Counted from the stretch's first letter, positions 26,936 to 36,141 are shown. The stretch is DNA of 64,000 nt from an uncultured Alphaproteobacteria bacterium (GCA_947646585.1 CANSHD010000002.1:203614-267613), one strand, 5' to 3'. Made by a program: numbers and translations. Notes: a model not told the origin generated them from the letters alone.

Positions 26936-28045
26936 TCACTGCGCGGTCAGGCGTTCGTATACTTTTATTGTATCCGCCAGCATCCGGCGACGCGTATAGC
27001 GCATACGAAAACGCGCATATCCCGCAACCGCCATTTTGGCACGCAGTGACTTGTTTTCTATCAGGCGCATCATGGCCGCCGCGTATTCCGACGGGTTTAT
27101 CGTATGCTCAGGCCCCATGTCCACAAACAGTGCCGCATCGCCAAACATTTCAACCATTGCGCTTTCGTTCGTGGATACCACGGGCAAATTGTACGCCATG
27201 GCCTCTATGCCGGCAAAAGAACACGCCTCTGTCCGCGATGCGAACAGTGCCGCGTCCGCGTGCTCATAACACTCGCGTATTTTCGCCGCATCTGTTACCA
27301 GCCCCAGACGCACAATCGGCAGGTCTTTCAATTCATCGAACAGCGCCTCGTCCTCGCGCGCATGGCCGCCCAGAACAACCACCTCTATCTTATGTTTTTT
27401 TGCCACCATGCGTATCGCTGGTATGATTTTCGTAAAGCCCTTATGCGGCGACCATCCGTTTGCAAAAATAAATCTGAACACGCCGTCTTTTGGTTTCTTT
27501 GATTTTATCTCCGGCTTTTCCACACCGTTATAAATAACGCTCCACGGACGGCGGCAACGCCAATAATCCATATATTTGCGCCCGTTGTCGCCGACCAGTA
27601 TTATTTCATCCATGTTGAAATAAGGGTCGGCCGGAACAAAGCCCGGCGCGGTGTTCATCAAGGGCTGGCAATGCAGAACGCCGATTGTTTTACAGTAAAT
27701 GCGGCTTTTTATCATGTACGCCAGGCCTTCGCACTGCAGACAGTCGCTTTTTACAATCAGGTTCGGCATCGCGCTTAAACGTGGCGCGACATACGTAAAC
27801 ACCGCCTCAAACAGTGCCGGGAATGGATATGCCATCGGGTGATGTATCTGAAGCTCGCCCTCTGTATCGACGATACGAATCTCCTTGTATTCCGGCGCGC
27901 GATAAAAGACAATGTTGTATGTCGATATGTTTGACGGCATGCCTGCACGCAAAACATTAAAGTATGTGGCGATACCGCTTTGATAGCGTGCGTCACGCGC
28001 GTCAATTTCAACAATGTTTATTTGTTTTTTCACGGCGCCCCCCAT
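26936..28045 (-). CDS. family-1 (GT4-type) glycosyltransferase
   Basis: 369 aa. The C-terminal half has the typical GT4 pattern ...LFASRTEACSFAGIEAMAYNLPVVST... The start codon abuts the stop of P4. Confidence 0.8.
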   Translation of the reverse strand: MGGAVKKQINIVEIDARDARYQSGIATYFNVLRAGMPSNISTYNIVFYRAPEYKEIRIVDTEGELQIHHPMAYPFPALFEAVFTYVAPRLSAMPNLIVKSDCLQCEGLAYMIKSRIYCKTIGVLHCQPLMNTAPGFVPADPYFNMDEIILVGDNGRKYMDYWRCRRPWSVIYNGVEKPEIKSKKPKDGVFRFIFANGWSPHKGFTKIIPAIRMVAKKHKIEVVVLGGHAREDEALFDELKDLPIVRLGLVTDAAKIRECYEHADAALFASRTEACSFAGIEAMAYNLPVVSTNESAMVEMFGDAALFVDMGPEHTINPSEYAAAMMRLIENKSLRAKMAVAGYARFRMRYTRRRMLADTIKVYERLTAQ

Positions 28046-28882
28046 TTATGCCTTATAAGGACAGCCGCCCGTTATGCTGTATGTGCCGACCCCGTCGTTA
28101 TATTCTGTTCTGGGTGGAAATGCGATGCAGCTGGTTATACCGTATCCGGTGGGCGAATACCAAGAGTAACCGCCGCTGGAATTTGTCGGCAAATTATGCG
28201 TGTATGTGGTCGCGGTCGCCGTGCCGGAATTAAAATCTTTCATGCCGGGGCATGCCGCGCAGCACGAGGTTAACTGGCCGGTCGACGATACGTTGCTGGT
28301 TCCATTGCATACCGCGGTATTCGCCGTTAAGTACCATCCGGAAACACAGCCGGCCGCCTTGTATGATTGAGATGTATACGCCCCATCCCATGTTCCCGTT
28401 GATGCCGTCAGGCCGTATTTTGCAAATACGCCGGTGGATTCGCAGAACATACCCGTTTCGTTGCACGTGCCGGCGCCGTTACAGCCGGGCACGGCGTTGG
28501 CACCGTTGTCAAACATGCACTTGTACCATGTGCAATACAGCGTATCCAGGCCACTTATCACGCTTTCAGACGGACCGGAACCTGTTCCCGTGCCGGTGCC
28601 GCCGCCAACGGACGTTCTGTCATAACATTCGGTCGGGTCAAAAACACAGCCTGTAATCCCCGTATCTGTTCTGACACAGCCCGGAAGCGATAAGTTTGCC
28701 CACAAATTTCTGTTTTCAAATCCTGTGTATCGCGGGTATGTGACGGTGCCTGTATAATTTGTATATCCCGCTTTCCCGCTTACTGAACCTGTTATTATTT
28801 GCTTTGCCGCCATTGCATGTTGGGCAAAGCAGGCCACCCCGGCAATCCCGACCCCGCAAGCCCTGATTAACGCTCTTTTCAT
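28046..28882 (-). CDS. secreted cysteine-rich protein, family member P4
   Basis: Signal peptide MKRALIRACGVGIAGVACFAQHAMA. C-terminus is ...CCAACPG...GYGITSCIAFPPRTEYNDGVGTYSITGGCPYKA. Confidence 0.75.
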   Translation of the reverse strand: MKRALIRACGVGIAGVACFAQHAMAAKQIITGSVSGKAGYTNYTGTVTYPRYTGFENRNLWANLSLPGCVRTDTGITGCVFDPTECYDRTSVGGGTGTGTGSGPSESVISGLDTLYCTWYKCMFDNGANAVPGCNGAGTCNETGMFCESTGVFAKYGLTASTGTWDGAYTSQSYKAAGCVSGWYLTANTAVCNGTSNVSSTGQLTSCCAACPGMKDFNSGTATATTYTHNLPTNSSGGYSWYSPTGYGITSCIAFPPRTEYNDGVGTYSITGGCPYKA

Positions 28883-29049
28883 GATTTCCCCCGTATCCGA
28901 ACAAAACCACCGTTTGAATTAGGCATAAAACGAGAATAAAAAGTCTTAAGTTTTAGGGCTTTTTGAAAATAAAAAATACCGTCAGGAAAACGGTCCTTTT
29001 TATTAGGCATAAAAACACAGACATTTACACCCGGAAAAGATGTAAATTC

Positions 29050-29139
29050 TGGCGGAGCGTATAGGACTCGAACCTATGGACCGCTAATGTCACGGTCACG
29101 GATTAGCAATCCGCTGCATTACCACTCTGCCAACGCTCC
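29050..29139 (-). tRNA. tRNA-Ser (anticodon GCU)
   Basis: The reverse complement GGAGCGTTGGCAGAGTGG...GCGGATTGCTAATCCGT...long variable arm GACCG/CGGTC...GGTTCGAGTCC...ACGCTCCGCCA is a class II cloverleaf. Confidence 0.9.
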
Positions 29140-29185
29140 GCTGCGGAGGTCATTATACAGAATACAAAGAATAAAAGCAAGCGGG

Positions 29186-29214
29186 AAAATAAAAAATCCC
29201 CCGTAGGGGGGATT
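29186..29214 (-). terminator. intrinsic terminator after accDA
   Basis: The minus strand reads AATCCCCCC-TAC-GGGGGATTTTTTATTTT. Confidence 0.65.
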
Positions 29215-30936
29215 TTATTCGGTCACACTTTCAATGTCGCGCGTCATTTTCAAGAATTTATCAGCGCGCGCCTTTGGCAGTTTTTCCGGCTTTTGCTGTT
29301 GCAGCTCTTTTATCTGCGCCGCAACCGCAGACGACAGGTATTCCATCGTTGTCTGCCAATCGGTGTGCGCACCGCCCGCCGGTTCCGGGATGATTTGGTC
29401 GATTACCTTCATATCGGCCATGTCACGCGCCGTTAATTTCATCGCCTGGGCGGCGTCGGCCTTGAACTTGTTATCCTTCCACAAAATGCTGGCACAGGAT
29501 TCCGGTGCGATAACGGAATAAATCGCGTTTTCCATCATCAGCACACGATCGCCCGTTCCGATTGCAATCGCCCCGCCGGAGCCGCCCTGGCCCACGTTGA
29601 CCGCGACATATGGCGTTTTCACAGACAGACCCGTCGCAATCGACGACGCAACCGCCTGGGACTGGCCGCGCTCTTCCCCTTCGCGGCCGGCAAAGGCGCC
29701 CGCCGTGTCAAACAGCGATATTATCGGCAGATTAAACTTCTCGGCCAGACGCATCATACGCTGAGCCTTGCGATAACCGTCGGGATTCGCCATACCAAAG
29801 CGATGCTTTTGACGTGTTTCAATGTCACGGCCCTGTTCCTGGCCGATGATTACGGCCGGGATGCCGTGCCAGAAACCGATACCGCTGCCCATGGCCGCGT
29901 CTTCGGCGAACGAGCGGTCACCCGCCAAATATGTCCAATCTTCGACAATTCCGTTTATATAGTCCAGGAAATGCGGACGGTTTTCATTACGCGCCAGCAG
30001 CACCTTGTCATATGCCGCGGTTTCGCCCATACCACGCGCGGGCTTGTTCGCCGCCGCGGGTGTCGCGACATTTATTTCCTTTGGCGTGCGCGACTGCTGG
30101 GTTAAAACCGCCAAAATCTTGGCTATCTTATCATGCAGCTCCGCACGTGGCACAACCATATCGACCATGCCGTGTTCATACAGATAATCCGCCGTTTGAA
30201 AATTTGACGGCAGCTTTTCCCGTATGTTTTGTTCTATAACGCGACGTCCCGCAAATCCTATGCGCGCGCCCTGCTCTGCGATATGAATATCGCCCAGCAT
30301 GGCGAACGACGCCGTCACGCCGCCATATGTCGGATCGGTCAACAGCACGATATAAGGAATGCTGTTTTCATGCAGACGGTTAACCGCAACGGTTGTGCGC
30401 GCCATCTGCATTAAGGACAAAATGTTTTCCTGCATGCGGGCGCCGCCACTGCACGCAACCATTATAAACGGGCGACGCTGTTCGATTGCATGATCTATGC
30501 TGGCGATAATGCCGTCGCCGGCCGCACGCCCCATGGACCCCATCATAAAGTCGCCGTTTAACACGCACACCGTTGACGGAATGCCGCCGATTGTGCCGTC
30601 GGCGGTTGTTATCGCATCGTTGCATCCCGTATCCTTGCGCGCTTTGACCAAGCGTTCCGCATAAGGCATGCGGTCCGTAAAGTGCAGCGGGTCGTCGGTG
30701 ACCGTCGGCAGTGCGATTTTTTCCCACGTCATGTCGTCGAACAGCAAATCAAAACGCTGTTTCGGCGTCATGATAAACGCACGGCCGCACATCGGGCAGA
30801 TATAATGGTTATCCTTGTAATCTTTGTAATAAACCAGTTTCCCGCAGGATTCGCATTTAATCCACATCAGGCGGCGAACGCGGTCATAGCGCTCGCGGTT
30901 TCTGTTTTTTATACCGGATTTCTTGCCAAACAACAT
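29215..30936 (-). CDS. accD/accA: acetyl-CoA carboxylase carboxyltransferase, fused beta (AccD) and alpha (AccA) subunits
   Basis: 573 aa. The N-terminal half has the AccD zinc ribbon CESCGKLVYY...CPMCG and SGGARMQE. The C-terminal half has AccA motifs GMANPDGYRKAQRMMRLAEKFNLPIISLFDTAGA and GQGGSGGAIAIG. Confidence 0.85.
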   Translation of the reverse strand: MLFGKKSGIKNRNRERYDRVRRLMWIKCESCGKLVYYKDYKDNHYICPMCGRAFIMTPKQRFDLLFDDMTWEKIALPTVTDDPLHFTDRMPYAERLVKARKDTGCNDAITTADGTIGGIPSTVCVLNGDFMMGSMGRAAGDGIIASIDHAIEQRRPFIMVACSGGARMQENILSLMQMARTTVAVNRLHENSIPYIVLLTDPTYGGVTASFAMLGDIHIAEQGARIGFAGRRVIEQNIREKLPSNFQTADYLYEHGMVDMVVPRAELHDKIAKILAVLTQQSRTPKEINVATPAAANKPARGMGETAAYDKVLLARNENRPHFLDYINGIVEDWTYLAGDRSFAEDAAMGSGIGFWHGIPAVIIGQEQGRDIETRQKHRFGMANPDGYRKAQRMMRLAEKFNLPIISLFDTAGAFAGREGEERGQSQAVASSIATGLSVKTPYVAVNVGQGGSGGAIAIGTGDRVLMMENAIYSVIAPESCASILWKDNKFKADAAQAMKLTARDMADMKVIDQIIPEPAGGAHTDWQTTMEYLSSAVAAQIKELQQQKPEKLPKARADKFLKMTRDIESVTE

Positions 30937-30939
30937 TGT

Positions 30940-31218
30940 TTATCCATTCATTTTTTTAGTCAATTCACGACTGGGCTTGAAAAGTATTGTTGTGCCCGCG
31001 TCAAGATGCATCGGCTGGCCGGTGCAGGGATTATACCCTATTTTAGTCGCACGGGCGCGCGGCTGAAAAGTACCGAATCCGCGAACCTCTATGCGGTCGC
31101 CGGCGGCGACAACCTCTATCATATGATTGGCAACCGCGTCCAATATTGCGGCCGCATCCGCCATGCGCATATGCTTAAACTGAACCTGTATCGAGCGAAC
31201 AATGTCAGAACGTTTCAT
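30940..31218 (-). CDS. ihfB: integration host factor beta subunit
   Basis: 92 aa of the HU/IHF family. DRIEVRGFGTF and FKPSRELTKKMN match the IHF-beta pattern. Confidence 0.8.
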   Translation of the reverse strand: MKRSDIVRSIQVQFKHMRMADAAAILDAVANHMIEVVAAGDRIEVRGFGTFQPRARATKIGYNPCTGQPMHLDAGTTILFKPSRELTKKMNG

Positions 31219-31372
31219 CTTTTTCCCCTAAATTGATTGCCTCATATTATTTATATCTTAGCATATTTTATCAAGAGTAAAGTTTTTTCTTGCGCGGATA
31301 AGGTTCCTGCGGCCCGGCGGCGGCACGAGTGATAGTCTGAACACATGCATAAACTAAAAAAAGGAGGACAAA

Positions 31373-32158
31373 ATGCATGACTTGTTCGAAGTGTGTCCAT
31401 GCGAAGAGTGCAATCAGGGCGATACGCCGACAATGCCGCTGATTGGCGACCGGGCCCCGGAATTTACCGCGCATACGACAAACGGCGTTGTGAACTTTCC
31501 CGGCGATTATGCGGGACAATGGGTGGTGCTGTTTTCACACCCGGCCGATTTTACACCTGTATGCACGTCCGAATTCATGGCGTTTCAGGCGCTGCAGGAA
31601 GAGCTGGCGGAAATAAACACGGCCTTAATCGGCCTGTCCGTCGGCAGCATATCGTCGCATCTGGCGTGGATAGACGCAATACGCCATATAAAGTGGCGCG
31701 ATTGGGAAAATCTGGAGATTACATTTCCGGTAATTGACGATTCAAATATGAAAATCGCAAAAATGTACGGCATGATTCATCCCAACGCGTCCGACACACA
31801 CGCCGTGCGCGCGGTGTTTATAATAGACCCCGCGGGAATTATCCGTGCCATACTGTATTATCCAGCGTCAACCGGACGCAATTTCGATGAAATAAAGCGG
31901 ATGGTTATCGCCCTGCAAACCACGGATGCGTTCAAGGTATCGACGCCGGCGGACTGGGTTCCGGGCGAAGAGATTTTGGTCGGCGCGCCGTCAACAGCCG
32001 CAGATATGCGCCGCACGATGCAGTCCATGGGCAACCCCGACCGAAAAAGAGATGTTCAGGCATGGTTTTTAACGTTCAAGCCGCTGGCGGCGGACGAAAT
32101 AGAATCACGCCTGCGCAAGCGCTCGGCACCGAAAAAGAAACCCAAAAGCATCGCATAA
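31373..32158 (+). CDS. 1-Cys/Prx6-type peroxiredoxin with N- and C-terminal extensions
   Basis: FSHPADFTPVCTSEF active site. A strong AGGAGG RBS precedes ATG 31373, which adds a 20-aa N-terminus containing CPCEEC. Confidence 0.85.
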   Translation: MHDLFEVCPCEECNQGDTPTMPLIGDRAPEFTAHTTNGVVNFPGDYAGQWVVLFSHPADFTPVCTSEFMAFQALQEELAEINTALIGLSVGSISSHLAWIDAIRHIKWRDWENLEITFPVIDDSNMKIAKMYGMIHPNASDTHAVRAVFIIDPAGIIRAILYYPASTGRNFDEIKRMVIALQTTDAFKVSTPADWVPGEEILVGAPSTAADMRRTMQSMGNPDRKRDVQAWFLTFKPLAADEIESRLRKRSAPKKKPKSIA

Positions 32159-32188
32159 AACAACGGGGCCGCGGCCCCGTTTTCATGT

Positions 32189-32533
32189 TTAAAACACCAA
32201 TGGCAAATCCCGAATATCCATCGGCATGCCGTCGCGGTCCGGGTCCCACTGATATTCCTCCATCACGACCTTTTTTTCTTTTGTGAATTTTACGCCTTCG
32301 GCCCGCAGGGCCTTGTACTGTTGCTCGAAAAATCCGGCGCCGCACAGACTGCCGTCCTTGAACACGACGCGGTGCCACGGCAGATGCCACGACGCCTTGT
32401 TGTTGGACGCATATCCGACAAAGCGCGCCATGCGCGGACGACCAATCATACGCGCAATCTGGCCGAATGTGGCGACGCGGCCCGCAGGTATTTTCGCAAC
32501 AATATCATAAACCTGTTCGTTAAATGTTTTCAT
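32189..32533 (-). CDS. alkyltransferase-like (ATL) protein, MGMT family without the catalytic Cys
   Basis: VYDIVAKIPAGRVATFGQIARMIG... The motif is LPWHRVV instead of PCHRV, as in E. coli YbaZ/Atl. Confidence 0.75.
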   Translation of the reverse strand: MKTFNEQVYDIVAKIPAGRVATFGQIARMIGRPRMARFVGYASNNKASWHLPWHRVVFKDGSLCGAGFFEQQYKALRAEGVKFTKEKKVVMEEYQWDPDRDGMPMDIRDLPLVF

Positions 32534-33251
32534 TTTGTGTCTTTTCCGTCAAAGTAAATTCCGTGTTCCCTGTTATCGGTGCCAGCGGGAATATCCGGGC
32601 GGCCGGCGATTCCGGCGACAGGGAATATATTTTCACATTAAACTTATCCATGTATTGTTTTATTATATCCCATTGAAAGTCGGTCGGATGATAAGATTTT
32701 ATCCACTGCAAGTCCGCATCCGACGTCTTGGCCGCAGAGTACGCATACCGCGGACCGCTTTCATAATCACAGTCGATTCCGGCGATATATATTTCCCGGA
32801 ACCCCTCCAGTATCGCCCGCACAATCGCGGCAACACCGCTGAACAAATGCCGGTCATGGGTGTCGCGGGCATGTGCAATCACGGGCCATATGCCGACGTG
32901 AAGCGCGGAATCCAAAAGTTCTATCTCTGCAAAATGATTTTTTGCGTTTGGCATCGGCATTGCTGTGAAAAAATTATCAAAGTTAATATCATATATGCCC
33001 GCGTCCGCCAATTTTTGCATAACATCCCGCCGCGCCGATATTTCATCGCGATTACCACCGTTGAACACAGCGTCAACGTGACGCCCCAGATAGTATTTCT
33101 GTTCTTTAAAAAAGTTATTTATACGCCATACGGCAATGTTGCCCACGGGATAGCGACGATAGTCTATCCGCGACAAGCTGGGGCCGGAACCGCCAATAAT
33201 GACACGCTCCACTTTCGGGACATTACAAAAATGTTTTGATACAGGGGACAT
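32520..33251 (-). CDS. GT42-like (Cst-type) sialyltransferase homolog
   Basis: IIGGSGPSLSRIDYRRYPVGNIAVWRINNFFKEQKYYLGRHVDAVF parallels Campylobacter CstII IIAGNGPSLKEIDYSRLPNDFDVFRCNQFYFEDKYYLGKKCKAVF. Also FREIYIAGIDCDY...YAY versus YKEIYLSGIDFYQ...YAF. Confidence 0.7.
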   Translation of the reverse strand: MSPVSKHFCNVPKVERVIIGGSGPSLSRIDYRRYPVGNIAVWRINNFFKEQKYYLGRHVDAVFNGGNRDEISARRDVMQKLADAGIYDINFDNFFTAMPMPNAKNHFAEIELLDSALHVGIWPVIAHARDTHDRHLFSGVAAIVRAILEGFREIYIAGIDCDYESGPRYAYSAAKTSDADLQWIKSYHPTDFQWDIIKQYMDKFNVKIYSLSPESPAARIFPLAPITGNTEFTLTEKTQNENI

Positions 33252-33265
33252 GGCGCTTTAAATTC

Positions 33266-33286
33266 TGGCGGAGAAGAAGGGATTCG
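33266..33286 (-). repeat. 21-nt duplicate of the tRNA-Ser(CGA) 3' end (att-like scar)
   Basis: TGGCGGAGAAGAAGGGATTCG is identical to 33415..33435. No matching 5' acceptor strand follows, so it is not a second tRNA. Confidence 0.7.
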
Positions 33287-33414
33287 CTTGGCTGCGCCTG
33301 CGCGGCACTCGTTTCCGCTCGCCTGATGGCTTGCGGACTCGTAGTCGAACCCTGGGTTCTCTTACCTTATTTTGCCGCAAAAATAAAAAACACCCTTCGG
33401 GTAATTTTTATTTT

Positions 33415-33504
33415 TGGCGGAGAAGAAGGGATTCGAACCCTTGATACGGTTGCCCGTATACACGATTTCGAGTCGCGCGCATTCGACCACTCTGCCACTT
33501 CTCC
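33415..33504 (-). tRNA. tRNA-Ser (anticodon CGA)
   Basis: The reverse complement GGAGAAGTGGCAGAGTGGTCGAATGC...CGCGACTCGAAATCGTG...long variable arm...GGTTCGAATCCCTTCTTCTCCGCCA. Confidence 0.9.
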
Positions 33505-33562
33505 GCGAGGGGTATTATACAGACTTTGTTTTCTTTTGCAAGGTTTAAAATCGGACCGTTTG

Positions 33563-34720
33563 TTATACGTCGAAATTATATTTCTTTATCGACTTTAAAA
33601 TCGCGTTCGCCAGCTTGTTCTGGTGCGAATCCGATTTCAATAATTTTTCTTCGGCCGCGTTTGACAGATGCCCCAATTCAACCAAAGCCCCCGGCACGGT
33701 CGAACGCAACACCGCAAACGGCGCATGACGCACGTTTGCACCGGGCTGCTGCTCTATGCCGCTGCCACGGAATGTTTTGGCGCAACCCATGGCGTATTCC
33801 TCGCTAAGCTCGGCCACGGCATGCTGCTGCAGTGCGGACAATGCAATACGTATATCCTTGGAAAATTCGGAAAATCCGCTGACGTCGATTTTGTCCGCCG
33901 CGTTTTCCGCATCGGCAAGCTTTTGCGCTTCTTCGTCGGACGCTTTTTCAGACAGCGTGTAAACGGAGAAACCTTTCATTGCGCGGCTGGGGTTTGCGTT
34001 TGCATGCAGCGATATGAACAGGTCGCCTTTGCGCTTTTCGGCGATGGCCGCGCGCTCCGCCAATTTTAAATATGTATCGTCGCTGCGCGTCAAATATGTT
34101 TTGAAACCGGCCGCATCCAGCTTTGCCTTCAGCTTTTTGGCAACAGACAAAACGACGACTTTTTCTTTTGTGCCGCCCTTACCTATACAGCCCGGGTCCT
34201 TGCCGCCATGGCCGGCATCAATAACAATCGTATATTTTTTTGCGGGGGTGGCCGCCGCAATCTGTTGCGCCGCCGCCTGATTTGATTGCGAGGCCGCGGT
34301 TCCGGCGGCAAAATCCAGAACCAGACGATAATCCGTATCGCCGTTCGGCGACAAAATCATTATCTGATTTTTCGGAATTTCAGAAACCGGTTTGCGCAAC
34401 GCCGCACGAATTTCCAGCGTGTCGCCACTTTGCACCTGGGTAATCCCGGATATCAATGTTCCAGATGCCATGGTCGGCGCCATCGACGCATTTGCCGCGG
34501 TGTTCGCCAGGCGGACAATCAGCTGATTTTCGCCATAAGCCAAAGTATAGGACGGCCGCGACGCGGTTTCGATTACCAGTCGGGTTTTATTGCCGGGCTG
34601 TACCCCCGTCCGCAACGAGCGTAAAGAATTGCGCGCCGCAAAAGCCACCCGTGGCGCCATCGCAACCGCCAAAGTGCCGATTCCCGTTATTTTTAAAAGA
34701 CTTCTTCTGGATATTTTCAT
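33563..34720 (-). CDS. amiC: N-acetylmuramoyl-L-alanine amidase (AmiC-like, Tat-exported)
   Basis: Start set at MKISRRSLLKITGIGTLAVAMAPRVAFA (twin-arginine signal). Amidase_3 motif IVIDAGHGGKDPG. Confidence 0.85.
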   Translation of the reverse strand: MKISRRSLLKITGIGTLAVAMAPRVAFAARNSLRSLRTGVQPGNKTRLVIETASRPSYTLAYGENQLIVRLANTAANASMAPTMASGTLISGITQVQSGDTLEIRAALRKPVSEIPKNQIMILSPNGDTDYRLVLDFAAGTAASQSNQAAAQQIAAATPAKKYTIVIDAGHGGKDPGCIGKGGTKEKVVVLSVAKKLKAKLDAAGFKTYLTRSDDTYLKLAERAAIAEKRKGDLFISLHANANPSRAMKGFSVYTLSEKASDEEAQKLADAENAADKIDVSGFSEFSKDIRIALSALQQHAVAELSEEYAMGCAKTFRGSGIEQQPGANVRHAPFAVLRSTVPGALVELGHLSNAAEEKLLKSDSHQNKLANAILKSIKKYNFDV

Positions 34721-34763
34721 GTCAAAAATTATATCAAAAAATGCCGATACTGGCAAGTGATAA

Positions 34764-34797
34764 TAAAAAAACAGCCGCCATTTGGCGGCCTGTTTTT
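34764..34797 (-). terminator. intrinsic terminator after the 34796..36040 gene
   Basis: The minus strand reads ACAGGCCGCC-AAA-TGGCGGCTGTTTTTTT. Confidence 0.65.
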
Positions 34798-36040
34798 ACT
34801 GATTTCGACAGCTGGCGAATGTCTGGGCCATCAATGACGACTCTTGTGTCGTCAGCGGCTGTACCGGAATCGTATAGCAGCGCGCGCCGTCCTCGATAAC
34901 GAATACTTTTGTCCCCAGTTTATACGCGTTTTGCATACTGTCCATCTGGGCGGATGTTAAAAACGCATTCTGGGTCATTGCGGAATTTGTCAGCGCCGCA
35001 TTCACAACTTGTTTTGCGGTGTTGTAATCGTCCAGACGCGACAAAGACTGAACCTGCATGTACAAGCTTTGGTTCTGATACGGGTTGTCCACTTTCGCGC
35101 CGCCCGCGTTCGGGAATGCGACACCGCTTATCAGTGCGGCGGCGGTTTGCAGTGTCGTCGGCTGTGACGATGAGCCGGCCGAATAATCCGCCGTGTTTAT
35201 CTGCAGATTTTCCCCGCACGCCAGATTCATGCGATTTGTATATCCGGCCAGAACGGAATCAACCGCCGCCTGCCAGTCGGCACCCTTGTTGTTCATGTCC
35301 AGGCTGACAATTTTTTCAGCCCAGCCCCAAATATTCGCACCGACATTGCCGGCATTGGCAAAGCGTGTAACCATTTCCGTACTGCCCCCCGGGACGCCGG
35401 CGCCGCAGTAATCCGTCAACTGTGCGTTCAGCTTGCTGGCGGTTTCGTTGCCGTACGCCATCGCAATGGAATGACAGGCCATTGCCGCCTCCAGCTCCTG
35501 GCGGCGCTGAAGACACAAATCGGAATGGGATTTCGACAGCTGGTCGGACATGCTGGCCATGGCCAGATATGACATAACCTCCTGCTGGACATAGGACGGG
35601 CACAGTCGGGCCGCCGTGTTCATGCCGGCGTTCATTGTTCCGGTTGCATACTGCGGCAACAATACCGACGTATCCTTTTGCAGGCACAGCATGGCGTAAT
35701 TATACAATTCGCTTTCCGATGAATACTGGCAACGACCGGACCGCTGGCCCGGGACGGCGGTAACATCGCCGCAATAATCCGACAGGCACTTATATATACG
35801 CTCGCGGCATGCCGTATCGACGTCGGGCTGGGTCACCATATAGTATGTGTTGCGCTGATTTGCCTTGTACGCATTGGCCAACTGTTGCTTGCCACGAAAG
35901 CCACCGCTTGTCTGGGTGTAGTTTCCGGCCACGCCACTGCGCGCGGCGGCGGCACCAACAGTCCCGGCAGATGCGCCATACGACGCGCCGCCCCAGCAGA
36001 CAAAGGCGCCCAAACAGAATATCAGCGTAAAATTCTTCAT
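34796..36040 (-). CDS. secreted hypothetical protein (about 414 aa, about 14 Cys)
   Basis: Start set at MKNFTLIFCLGAFVCWGGASYG (signal peptide). No family recognised. Confidence 0.6.
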   Translation of the reverse strand: MKNFTLIFCLGAFVCWGGASYGASAGTVGAAAARSGVAGNYTQTSGGFRGKQQLANAYKANQRNTYYMVTQPDVDTACRERIYKCLSDYCGDVTAVPGQRSGRCQYSSESELYNYAMLCLQKDTSVLLPQYATGTMNAGMNTAARLCPSYVQQEVMSYLAMASMSDQLSKSHSDLCLQRRQELEAAMACHSIAMAYGNETASKLNAQLTDYCGAGVPGGSTEMVTRFANAGNVGANIWGWAEKIVSLDMNNKGADWQAAVDSVLAGYTNRMNLACGENLQINTADYSAGSSSQPTTLQTAAALISGVAFPNAGGAKVDNPYQNQSLYMQVQSLSRLDDYNTAKQVVNAALTNSAMTQNAFLTSAQMDSMQNAYKLGTKVFVIEDGARCYTIPVQPLTTQESSLMAQTFASCRNQ

Positions 36041-36141
36041 AGAAATCCCTCTCGTTAATGGAAATTTTAACATATCGGTCTTTAAAAGGCAAACATTCAT
36101 TTTAGGTTGATTTGCATTTTATAACTGTTAATATCTCCAGC

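Noticed and set aside
33266-33360. Possible second tRNA-Ser gene
   Set aside because: Only the last 21 nt match a tRNA. The reverse complement lacks the GGAGAAG 5' acceptor strand and the D and anticodon arms.
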